Shown here piece after piece: positions 10,110-18,900 of a stretch of 64,000 nucleotides of DNA (its first letter is position 1; every line of letters starts with the position of its first letter). The DNA lies in NCBI GenBank assembly GCA_044225365.1, contig JBGAIQ010000007.1, forward strand, positions 64,001-128,000, read 5' to 3'. The position numbers and the translations under genes are program-made. This DNA is from Planctomycetota bacterium (lineage in GTDB: Bacteria; Planctomycetota; B15-G4; JADJEK01). Under the pieces are notes generated by a model. The model was not told where the DNA came from and searched no databases. It saw only the letters and a list, made by a program, of their open reading frames with translations.

Positions 10110-10591
10110 TGTCCGCGCTCGCGCTCACCATGGCCCTTGCGGTCCAGTCTCCGATCGTCGATCCCGACCGCGAAGCGCTTTCGCGGTGGACTGCGCAACT
10201 CGAATCGTCGCCGAACGACGTCGCACTCCTCGATCGCATCGCGTTCCTCCAGTTCCAGCTCGGCGATACCCGAGCGGCGATCGTATCCCTCGAACGCGCG
10301 GATGCGGCGGATCGCTCGCAGCCGAAGACCTCGTACACCGCCTACCTCCGCGGCGTGATCGCCGACACGCAGTACGACTTCGGGCTTGCGCGGCGGGAAT
10401 ACCAACAGGCGCTCGCTCGGGACCCCACGAACACTTCGGCCGCCGCGGATCTGGCGGCGCTGGAGAAACGGATCGCGGATGTCACTCGCTTCGCACGGAT
10501 CGAGAAGGCACTCGACCGGGATCTCGCCCTCGTGATCGTCTTCGTCCTCTCCGCGGCGCTCATGGGGACGGCTCTACTGAAGCGCGCCTGA
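10106..10591 (+). CDS. Small TPR protein with signal peptide and C-terminal TM anchor
   Basis: TPR-like helices (AREYQQALARDPTN-type); hydrophobic C-terminus ending in KRA. Confidence 0.7.
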   Translation: MMSALALTMALAVQSPIVDPDREALSRWTAQLESSPNDVALLDRIAFLQFQLGDTRAAIVSLERADAADRSQPKTSYTAYLRGVIADTQYDFGLARREYQQALARDPTNTSAAADLAALEKRIADVTRFARIEKALDRDLALVIVFVLSAALMGTALLKRA

Positions 10592-10637
10592 GCTAGGCAT
10601 CGCGTGTCGCGCGTCACGTTGGATCGTGTGCAACGAA

Positions 10638-10671
10638 GAAGCGGGCCCCGGACAAGTCCGGAGCCCGCTTC
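10638..10671. terminator. Hairpin between convergent genes (probable terminator)
   Basis: GAAGCGGGC-C-CCGGAC-AA-GTCCGG-A-GCCCGCTTC inverted repeat. Confidence 0.7.
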
Positions 10672-10698
10672 CCGCTTCGAGAGTCTAGGACGCTCGGC

Positions 10699-12690
10699 TC
10701 AGAGGATGTCGAGGACTTCCTTGAGCGACGAGATCTGCGTCCGGTAGTTGATGCCCATCGAGATCTGGGCATTCCACGGCAGGTCCGACTTCTCGGCGAG
10801 AAGGCCGAGAGCGACGCAACCGAAACCGCGGGCGAGGCCGGTCGCACGCTTGTCGCTGACGAGCGAGATCAGCGGCGCAACAGCCTTGCTGTCGCCGATG
10901 AGACCGATCGCACGGGCGAGCGACGAGATGACGTTCAGGGTCTTGGCGTTCTGGAACTGCTGGACGAGGAGGTCGGTCGCACCGACGTCGCCGAGCAGAC
11001 CGAGCGAGGTCGCGACCTGGAGACGGAACTTCGGATCGGCGTCGTCGGCGACGTACTTCCGGATCGTCTCCTTCGCATCGTTCGCCTTGAGGAGCCCGAG
11101 CGCGATGGCGCAGAAGCCCTTCAGTCCGCGTTCCTTCGTGTCGTCCATCAGCGCCAGGATCTTCTGCTTCGAGATCTGGCTGTTGCAGATGCCGAGGGCG
11201 ATCGCATAGGCCGGCTGATAGCTCGGGTTCTTCTCTTCCTCGAACTTCTCGTCGAGCTTCGTCTGGATCTCGACACGCTCACGCGAGTCGGGACCGTAGT
11301 TGCGCGCGATGATGGCGAGCGCGATACCGGCCCACGGCTCGTGCGCCTTCTGCTTCGCCTTCGAGAGTTCGTTGAAGAGCGACTTCGTGATGCCGGCCGC
11401 GAACGCCTTGTTCGCTTCCTGGTCGGCCTTCTCGTCCTTGAGCGCACGCTCCGCGATGTCGGCGAGTGCCATGATCGAGAAGTGACGGGCCTGGTCGTTC
11501 TGGCCGTCCTTGATCTTCTCGAGGAGGGCGTCGACGACTTCCTTGTCCTTCGGCTGGGCAAGGCTGCCGAGCGCGATGATCGAGGACTCCTCGATGCGCG
11601 CGTTCGTCTTGCGACCTGTCGCGAGCTTGAGCAACGTCGGGAGCGACGACTCCGCGCTGAGGCGAGCGAGGGACACGGGGATCTGCCCCGCGGTGTCCTC
11701 GTCCATCTTCTCGTCCTTGAGCTGATCCATGAGGAAGCTGACGATTTCTTCCTTCCCGTCATGGAAGAGTCCGAGGGCAACGATCGCCATGCCGCGGATG
11801 GTCTTCTTCTCGACGCCGTTCTTCGTCACCGCGTCCTTGAGGACCGGGATCGTGTCCGGCGAACCGATGTAGCCGAGCGCGAGCGCGGCGAACGCGCGAT
11901 GCAGGTCCTGAACGCTGCCGTTGACCTTGAGCGCGGACCGACCGTTCGGCGTGTCGTTGAGGATGTCGATGAGGACCGGGACGGCGTCCTTGCTGCCGAG
12001 AACGCCGAGCGCGAGGATCGTCGACTGCTGCACCGAGTTGTACTTGCTCGTGAGGGCCGTCTTGAGCTCGTTGATGCAGCTCGCCGCCGCGTCCTTCTGG
12101 ACGATACGGCCGAGCGAGAGCACCGCGGAGTCGACGATGTCCATGTCGTCCTCGGTGAGGACCGACTTCAGGAGCGGGACGATCTTGGTGTTGACCTCGT
12201 CGGCCGTGGGGCGCGTCGAATTGCTCGCCGCGACCTTGGAGCCTTGTCCGATGAGGAAGCCGCTCGTACCCGTTGCCGTGTTGCCCGCTTCGGCGAGGCG
12301 CTCACGGACGTTCACGAACCGGTCCTTGTTGTATTCCCACCAGAATTGCCAGGACTCGAAGCCTTCGCCGCGCTGGCTCTTCTTGCCGAGGCCGCCGCCG
12401 CCGCCGGTGGAGGGTCCACCCTTGCCGCCGCCGGGGCCGGGGCCGCCGCCGGGGCCGCCCGGTCCGCCGCCCGGAGTCTGGGGTCCGCCGCCGCCCGTCG
12501 TCGGACCGCCGCTGCCGCCCCCACCCGTGGTCGGTCCGCCGCCGCCGCCGGTCGACGGTCCACCGGGGTCGGGCGGTCCCTGAACGTCACCGGGGCCGCG
12601 GTAGGTTCCGCCGTGGCCGAGCGCGTCGCTCGACACGACGCAGAACACGGCGCCGGCGACGAACGAAGCAAGTAACATCTTTCGCAACAT
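10699..12690 (-). CDS. Secreted HEAT-repeat protein with Gly/Pro-rich N-terminal linker
   Basis: Signal peptide, HGGTYRGPG, poly-Gly/GGP tract, WQFWWEYNK, many HEAT units; RBS GAGGAG. Confidence 0.85.
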   Translation of the reverse strand: MLRKMLLASFVAGAVFCVVSSDALGHGGTYRGPGDVQGPPDPGGPSTGGGGGPTTGGGGSGGPTTGGGGPQTPGGGPGGPGGGPGPGGGKGGPSTGGGGGLGKKSQRGEGFESWQFWWEYNKDRFVNVRERLAEAGNTATGTSGFLIGQGSKVAASNSTRPTADEVNTKIVPLLKSVLTEDDMDIVDSAVLSLGRIVQKDAAASCINELKTALTSKYNSVQQSTILALGVLGSKDAVPVLIDILNDTPNGRSALKVNGSVQDLHRAFAALALGYIGSPDTIPVLKDAVTKNGVEKKTIRGMAIVALGLFHDGKEEIVSFLMDQLKDEKMDEDTAGQIPVSLARLSAESSLPTLLKLATGRKTNARIEESSIIALGSLAQPKDKEVVDALLEKIKDGQNDQARHFSIMALADIAERALKDEKADQEANKAFAAGITKSLFNELSKAKQKAHEPWAGIALAIIARNYGPDSRERVEIQTKLDEKFEEEKNPSYQPAYAIALGICNSQISKQKILALMDDTKERGLKGFCAIALGLLKANDAKETIRKYVADDADPKFRLQVATSLGLLGDVGATDLLVQQFQNAKTLNVISSLARAIGLIGDSKAVAPLISLVSDKRATGLARGFGCVALGLLAEKSDLPWNAQISMGINYRTQISSLKEVLDIL

Positions 12691-12813
12691 TGCGAATGCT
12701 CCTCAGCCCTCTGGGCTGTTGGTCGCTGCTGAAAACGGATCGAACTCTAGGAAGCGGGACCCGGTAAGGGAACTGGCCGTCGGGCCGATCCACCACACCG
12801 ATCAAGGACGAGG

Positions 12814-12828
12814 GCAAGTTCCGTGCCG
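12814..12828 (-). promoter_or_regulatory. Putative sigma-54 -24/-12 promoter for the HEAT gene
   Basis: Minus strand reads CGGCACGGAACTTGC: GG-N10-GC, matching TGGCACG-N4-TTGC except at the first base; about 125 nt upstream of the ATG. Confidence 0.7.
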
Positions 12829-13051
12829 ACGCGGGAGTCGCCCTCGATGTCCGACTGAAAGGCAACGGTTCGCGCGCCGACGCTCCGGCCATTGCCAACG
12901 TCGGGAACCGATCGCGAGGGCGAGCTTCCAGAATCGCACGGATCGCCATTTGGAATCCGCTGGCCCGTTCCTTCGGATGTCCGGGTCCGAGGTGGCCGAA
13001 CACCCGAGATCGAGCTTCGGAGGAATCACGCTGGCCTCGGCGCCACGAATT

Positions 13052-13066
13052 CGTAACGGCGTTACG
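13052..13066. promoter_or_regulatory. Palindrome CGTAAC-N3-GTTACG, candidate upstream activating sequence
   Basis: Perfect 6-bp dyad in the divergent intergenic region, about 225 bp from the -24 element. Confidence 0.35.
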
Positions 13067-13269
13067 GCGGTGTGACCGCTGCCCTCGATCGCCGGGTGAC
13101 GGGGGATGGAGGTTTTTCGACGAGAAATGCGCGGGGTGGTGATCTCTCGCGCCGGCCTGCGGGATTAATCCAACGGAGCGCGCAACCTTGGGATCGACTC
13201 CACGGCCGTCGGCATCCGCCCACAGCCCTCATCGCCCAGAACACCACCCGCATGGCAGAAGGAGCACCG

Positions 13270-14376
13270 ATGGCGAATGGAATGACCCGCAGTCCCGCCT
13301 TGACCGAGACGAATACCGGACCGCATGCGACGACGCCCAATCGACCTAAGGTGGGTGGCCCCGCGGCCGAACGCCTCCTCCGGGAATTGAAGGAACGCGA
13401 CCCGATTCGTAACGGCATCCTCGGCGACTCACCGGCGGTGCGCGTGCTCTTCGACCAAGTTCTGCGTTTATCGCGTTGCCAGGTGCCGGTTCTCGTCGTC
13501 GGCGAGATCGGCGCCGGGAAGGAAGCGGTGGCGCGCGCGATCCACCAGAATTCCGACCGCTCGGTGGGGCGGTTCGTAGCCGAGGCTGCGGCGAACCTCC
13601 GTGATCCGGTCCTCTTGAGCCGGGTGTTCGGTCACCAGCGAGGGGCCTTCACGGGAGCAACGACCGCAGTCTCGGGAATCCTCGACGAAGCCGATGGCGG
13701 GACGCTCTTCCTCGACGAGGTGGCCGACCTCTCTCCCGCAGCTCAGGCCTGCCTCGTCCGTTGCCTCGAGACCGGCGAATATCGGCCCTTGGGTTCGGCT
13801 CAGGTCAGGCACAGCGACTTTCGGTTGATCGCTTCGACGAGTGCGGACCTGCGAGCTTTGGTCGGAACCGGCAACTTTCGCAGCGATCTCTACTTCCGAC
13901 TGCGCGGAGCGGTCTTGCGGGTACCGGCGCTGAGGGAACGGTTCGCCGACATCCTGCCACTCGCCGAGCAGTTCCTGGGCGAGCGCGCGCAGCGCGAACG
14001 GCGCGCTCCGAACTTGCTCGCCGATTGCGCTCGCGAGGCGCTCGTGCGCTATGGGTGGCCCGGAAACGTGCGTGAACTGCGCCAGGAACTGGCCCATGCG
14101 ATGATCCAGGCCGATGGGGGCGAGATCACCGTGGCGATGCTGCAGTTTCTGCGGGACCCGGCGCCATTGCCACTCCCACCCGAAATTCGGCCGCAATCGC
14201 GTTCTCTCCGGAGCGAACTCGGAGCTTTCGAGGAATCGACGATCCGCGAGGCGGTCCGGATGGCAGGAGGCAACAAAGCCGAAGCCGCACGGCGCTTGGG
14301 GATCACGCGCCGCACGCTGTACCGACGACTCCGCCAACTCGAAGGAACTTCGGTTCCGATCTCGGGACTCTCTTAG
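13270..14376 (+). CDS. Sigma-54 enhancer-binding protein (AAA+ plus Fis HTH) with no sensory domain
   Basis: Walker A GEIGAGKE, GAFTGA loop, TLFLDEV, FRSDLYFRL, WPGNVREL, GNKAEAARRLGITRRTLYRRL; RBS GAAGGAG before ATG 13270. Confidence 0.9.
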   Translation: MANGMTRSPALTETNTGPHATTPNRPKVGGPAAERLLRELKERDPIRNGILGDSPAVRVLFDQVLRLSRCQVPVLVVGEIGAGKEAVARAIHQNSDRSVGRFVAEAAANLRDPVLLSRVFGHQRGAFTGATTAVSGILDEADGGTLFLDEVADLSPAAQACLVRCLETGEYRPLGSAQVRHSDFRLIASTSADLRALVGTGNFRSDLYFRLRGAVLRVPALRERFADILPLAEQFLGERAQRERRAPNLLADCAREALVRYGWPGNVRELRQELAHAMIQADGGEITVAMLQFLRDPAPLPLPPEIRPQSRSLRSELGAFEESTIREAVRMAGGNKAEAARRLGITRRTLYRRLRQLEGTSVPISGLS

Positions 14377-14474
14377 TCCGCTGACGGACTCGGCCGATTT
14401 CTTCGACGAGCTATCCAGAACCGTTTCGCCAGGTCGATCGCCCACCGCATCGATCGACTGGGCAGCATCGCTCG

Positions 14475-14678
14475 TCAGATGCGGATCGCCGCGATCTGAT
14501 CGAGTCTGAAATCGACAGAGATCTCTTTGTCGATGTTGATGACCTTGCCACAGCCTTTCGACTCGTTGAAGAGGATCGCGCCCTCCACGACCTTGCCGTC
14601 GCGGAACTCGACGTTGACCTTCTCTTCTCGGATCGCCTTGCGCAATTCGGCGATGATCGCTTGTCGCGTCATTTCCAT
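14475..14678 (-). CDS. Small hypothetical protein (~67 aa), possible Sm/SH3-like beta-barrel
   Basis: RBS GAGGTG; helix followed by VNVEFRDGKVVEGAI...FRLDQIAAI; coding-like codon usage. Confidence 0.7.
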   Translation of the reverse strand: MEMTRQAIIAELRKAIREEKVNVEFRDGKVVEGAILFNESKGCGKVINIDKEISVDFRLDQIAAIRI

Positions 14679-14982
14679 CACCTCGCTTCGCGCCACAACA
14701 GGTCGCGCTACGAATTCCAAGACTAACAACCCGTCGTGGCGGATCAACCCCTGACTGCGAATACCGTGCAAGTTCGCTTTGGCACCGAGCCATTTGGGCA
14801 TTTGCTCGTTCCGCGGCCGCCGTGCCGAACTAGAATCTCGCGCCTCTTGGCGCGCGAGCCGTCGTGGTGACGTACGTCAGGGGGCAAGACCTGGGCCTGT
14901 GCGGTCTTTGCGGCAAGCGTTTACGCGCGGTCTCGAGAATCGACCAGCCTAGCATGGACCCTTTGTTCACGAAAGACTCTCG

Positions 14983-16188
14983 ATGACGGAGCGGACCGGC
15001 GTATTCGTGATCGGAGCCCTCGGCGGAGTCGCGACGACTCTCGCGCTGGGTGCTCGCGCCATCGCCCGCGGACGGGCGGCGCCGACCGGACTCACCACGG
15101 CGTCGAGTTCCTTCGCGCCGCTCGGTCTCGTTGCGCTCGAGGATCTCGTCTTCGGGGGTTGTGACGTCCGAACGGGAACTCTCGAAGAGAGCGCGCTCGA
15201 CATCGCCCGCGCCAATCGTTCCCTCGATCCCGAGCTCATCCGCAGCCTGCGCGCCGACCTCGCCGCCATCGATGCCGAACGGGTTCCGGGCATCCTCGTG
15301 AACGCCGGCGCCGCGATCGAGAAGCTCGCGAGTGGTGGGGTGTACTCTCTCCCACTGCGCTCCGCGATCGACCGAATCCGGAGCGAGCTCGCTGCGTTCG
15401 GTGAACGGAATGACCTCGCGCGCATCGTCGTCGTCAACCTTGCATCCACGGAACCGCCCCTCCCGAGCAATGCACAACACGCAACGCTCGAAGAGTTCGA
15501 ACGCCTCGTCGACGCCGATCGCAAGGATTCGGTGCGTTCGAGTTCGCTCTACAGCTACGCGGCGATGCGCGAAGGCTGCGGCTACGTGAACTTCACGCCG
15601 AGCAACGCCGCACTCTTACCGGCGCTCGTCGAGCTCGCCACGCATCAGAGGGTCCCGTTCTGCGGGAGCGATGGAAAGACCGGCGAGACGTTGGTGAAGG
15701 CGGCGCTTGCGCCGATGTTCCGGGATCGCAGTCTGCGGGTGCTTTCCTGGCAGGGTTACAACATCCTGGGTGATCGGGACGGCGAGGTCTTGTCCGAGGC
15801 GGGCAATCTCGAATCGAAAGTGCGATCGAAGGATCGTGCACTGCAGAACATCCTCGGTTATCCGTTGCACACGCACGTCGGAATCGATTTCGTTCCGTCG
15901 CTGCACGATCTGAAGACGGCCTGGGACTTCATTCACTTCGAAGGGTTCCTCGGTCATCGCATGGCGATGCAGTTCATCTGGCAAGGTTGCGACGCGATCC
16001 TGGCCGCGCCGCTGGTTCTCGATCTCATTCGGCTCGTCGACTTCGCGTTGCGACGCGGCGAGCATGGGGCGCTCGTGCATCTCGCGAGTTTCTTCAAGAG
16101 TCCGTTCGGCTGCGAGGAGCACGATTTCCATGCGCAGATTCGTCGACTCGACGAATACGTCGAATCGCACGCGGCGACCCGAGGCTGA
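14983..16188 (+). CDS. ino1: myo-inositol-1-phosphate synthase family protein
   Basis: IGALGGVATT, VVVNLASTE, YVNFTPS, GSDGKTGETLVK, NILGDRDG, WQGCDAILAAPLVLDL, FFKSP. Confidence 0.9.
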   Translation: MTERTGVFVIGALGGVATTLALGARAIARGRAAPTGLTTASSSFAPLGLVALEDLVFGGCDVRTGTLEESALDIARANRSLDPELIRSLRADLAAIDAERVPGILVNAGAAIEKLASGGVYSLPLRSAIDRIRSELAAFGERNDLARIVVVNLASTEPPLPSNAQHATLEEFERLVDADRKDSVRSSSLYSYAAMREGCGYVNFTPSNAALLPALVELATHQRVPFCGSDGKTGETLVKAALAPMFRDRSLRVLSWQGYNILGDRDGEVLSEAGNLESKVRSKDRALQNILGYPLHTHVGIDFVPSLHDLKTAWDFIHFEGFLGHRMAMQFIWQGCDAILAAPLVLDLIRLVDFALRRGEHGALVHLASFFKSPFGCEEHDFHAQIRRLDEYVESHAATRG

Positions 16189-16380
16189 GCCGGTCCGAGT
16201 CCCGAGCCGGCGAACGAGTTCCTCCGGGTGGCGGAACCGCCCCAACACAACAGAACACAGATTATCGGACGTATCGGGCCTATCGACCGATGGGCAACGC
16301 TTCGATCATCCGAACGACGCTGTTCGCGCTCAGCTCGAAATCTCTCGTGGGCCCAACCACCGGTCGTCGTTCTCGCTCGC

Positions 16381-18900
16381 ATGAGTTCCGTCGCCACGCC
16401 TGACGATTCGCCCGATCGCTTTGCCGAGTTCGCGTTCTGCCTGGCGGGCGCCGCACTCGGACTCGCGCTCGCACGACTCGTCGGCGCATCGGGCGTCTTT
16501 CCCGGAACCGCGCTCGTCGACGAGGTCGTCGGCGCCTTGTCCCGTGAACCACATCGCAAGGCCAACGAGCAAGGATTCGTCTTCGCGGCGTTCGTGCTCG
16601 TTCCGCTTTGCGCGTTCGTTGCGGACCGGATCGCGCGGCAACGAATCGCACGCGATCGCGATTGCGGTGTCGTTCTGGTACTCGCCAGCGTCGTATCGAT
16701 CGCCCTTGGGCTTGGATTCGCACTCGATGCCGGTGCCGAGACGATCTTCGATCCGCTCCGCGCCCAGCGCTCGGCGGCCTACGTTGCACTCGCGATCGGC
16801 GTTGGCATCGGCGCCGCTGCATTTCGATCCCGCGCGCTCACGTGGGTCGGTCGTGTCGCCCGCACCCCCAGAGCGCTCGCGATTGGCGCAGCTCTCCCGA
16901 CACTCGCAATGGCGACACTCAGCGTCGGCGTCTTCGCGCTCGCCGTCGGGCCGCGCATCGCGCCGAACTCACCGCACGGTCTCGGTCGCGACCTCGTGCG
17001 TGTCGGCGGCGCACTGCTCGGCGCCGCCTTCGTGTGTACGGGCATGCGCTGGATCACCCTTGCCCTGTTGCTCGATCCGAATGCGGGGTCGTACGACTCT
17101 TCGCCGGAGTCGCTGAAAATCGTTCGCGTGCGGATCGAGCGCGCGCTGCGCCATACGACCTGGTTGCTCATGGCCGCGCTCGCGCCGACGGATTTCCGTG
17201 TCGTGGGGCTCGCGCTCTCGTTCGCGCTCGTCGGAACCGTGTTCGAGTGCTTGCGCAAGGATGTCCCCCGGGGGAAGACCCCGGGCCGGAACTTCTTCGA
17301 CGCAGTCGCCCTTCCCGCGCTCGTTCTCGTGCTCGTCCTCGATCGCGCGGTGGACGGCCCCATCGATCTCTTCCACGCCGGAGAATGGCTCACTCCCGCC
17401 TACGAGGTCTTTTCCGGCAAGCGACCGTACACCGACGTGTTCTTGCAACACGGTCTGATCCAGAATGCACTGCGCAATGCGATCACGTTCGCTTGGTTCG
17501 ATACGACGTTCGAGGCGAATCGACGCTCCGAAGCCCTCGCGTATGCGCTCACGCACGCGGCCGCTTTCTTCTTCGCGGCACGGATCTACCGTTCGCGATT
17601 CGTTGCGCTCGCGGTCGTGCTCCTCACGGCAGCGAGCGGACTCCATTTCGCCCCGCGATTCGGAGCCGCATTCTTGGCGCTCGCGGCCATTGCGGCGGCG
17701 ATCCGCGGGACCGCCCCGCTCCCTCGATCCTGCGTCGTCGCGGGGATCTTCACGGCGATCGCGTTCTTCTACAGCGTCGACTCCGGTCTCTTCACCAGCG
17801 CGGCGATCCTCGTGTTCCTCGCCCTCGACGCCCGCCACGAAGTGCCGAACTCCGCGGGCCGCGCCTCCGCCGGCGTCGCGTTCGTAACGCACGCGGGTCG
17901 GTTCCTCCTCGGCCTTGCGATCGGAGCGATGCCCTTCGCAGCCTATCTCGCGTCGCAGGGCAGCCTCGCGGCGTGCATCACGAACACCTACGACTCGCTG
18001 CGATTGCAACTGTCCGTGTGGGGGCTTCCATTTCCCTCCCCCGCCCCATCGTCGGCGTCCTTGCGAGGCGCTCTCACCGACCCGGTATGGATCGCGCGTG
18101 CCGCCGCCATCCTCTATCTCTCGGTTCTCTGGGGGTGGAGCATCGCGAAAGGGCCGGCGAGTCCGTTTCGGCGGATCGCATTGCTCCTTGCGATCGCCGG
18201 CGCATGTTGGTTCCGCACCGCGCTCGGCCGCTCCGACGAGGGACATCTGCGGTACGGATCTGTCTTCTTGTGGTTCCTCGCGCCCGCGATCGCCGAGGAG
18301 GTCTTCCATCGGATGCGTAGCGCACGGTGTCCACCGTCGTTCGCCGCCGTGATCGGCTTTGCTCCCGCAACGGCTCTCGCGGGAGCCTTGCTCCTCGGCT
18401 ACGCGCCGATCTACACATTGGCGATGCAGTGGATCCGGTTGGGGCACCCCACGATGCAGGACCCACCACCGGCCTTCGCGCGTCCTCCGCTCCCGAATCT
18501 CGGCAGGGTCCACATTCCTCGCGCGCAGGCGCAAGCCCTCTCGACGCTTCACGACTTCGTCGAAGAACGACTGCTCCCTGGCGAAACGTATTTCGACTTC
18601 ACGAATCTCGGCGCCGCCTACTTCCTACTCGGACGCCACAGTCCGACGCGCTACGTGATGGCCGCCTACGCGGCGACCGTGAAGCAACAACGAGAGGCGA
18701 TCGCTGAGCTCGAGGAGACTCGCCCACGCATGCTCGTCACCAACTCGGAACTTGGCCTCCCGCGAGTCGACGGAATCCTGATGGAGGATCGAGCTCCACT
18801 CGTTGCGGAGTATCTGCGACGGTGTTACGGAACGCCCATTCCTGCGGGCTTCGGGTTCGTTTGCTTCCGCAAGGTCGACGCCGACGTCACCGCCCGTTGA
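16381..18900 (+). CDS. Large polytopic membrane protein, possible GT-C glycosyltransferase
   Basis: Many TM helices; DLFHAGEWL..GKRPYTDVFLQHG loop; C-terminal YFLLGRHSPTRY extracytoplasmic domain. Confidence 0.6.
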   Translation: MSSVATPDDSPDRFAEFAFCLAGAALGLALARLVGASGVFPGTALVDEVVGALSREPHRKANEQGFVFAAFVLVPLCAFVADRIARQRIARDRDCGVVLVLASVVSIALGLGFALDAGAETIFDPLRAQRSAAYVALAIGVGIGAAAFRSRALTWVGRVARTPRALAIGAALPTLAMATLSVGVFALAVGPRIAPNSPHGLGRDLVRVGGALLGAAFVCTGMRWITLALLLDPNAGSYDSSPESLKIVRVRIERALRHTTWLLMAALAPTDFRVVGLALSFALVGTVFECLRKDVPRGKTPGRNFFDAVALPALVLVLVLDRAVDGPIDLFHAGEWLTPAYEVFSGKRPYTDVFLQHGLIQNALRNAITFAWFDTTFEANRRSEALAYALTHAAAFFFAARIYRSRFVALAVVLLTAASGLHFAPRFGAAFLALAAIAAAIRGTAPLPRSCVVAGIFTAIAFFYSVDSGLFTSAAILVFLALDARHEVPNSAGRASAGVAFVTHAGRFLLGLAIGAMPFAAYLASQGSLAACITNTYDSLRLQLSVWGLPFPSPAPSSASLRGALTDPVWIARAAAILYLSVLWGWSIAKGPASPFRRIALLLAIAGACWFRTALGRSDEGHLRYGSVFLWFLAPAIAEEVFHRMRSARCPPSFAAVIGFAPATALAGALLLGYAPIYTLAMQWIRLGHPTMQDPPPAFARPPLPNLGRVHIPRAQAQALSTLHDFVEERLLPGETYFDFTNLGAAYFLLGRHSPTRYVMAAYAATVKQQREAIAELEETRPRMLVTNSELGLPRVDGILMEDRAPLVAEYLRRCYGTPIPAGFGFVCFRKVDADVTAR

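Noticed and set aside
14813-14827. Second possible sigma-54 site CGGCACGGCGGCCGC toward the 67-aa gene
   Set aside because: The spacing fits, but the -12 element lacks TT; likely chance in GC-rich DNA.
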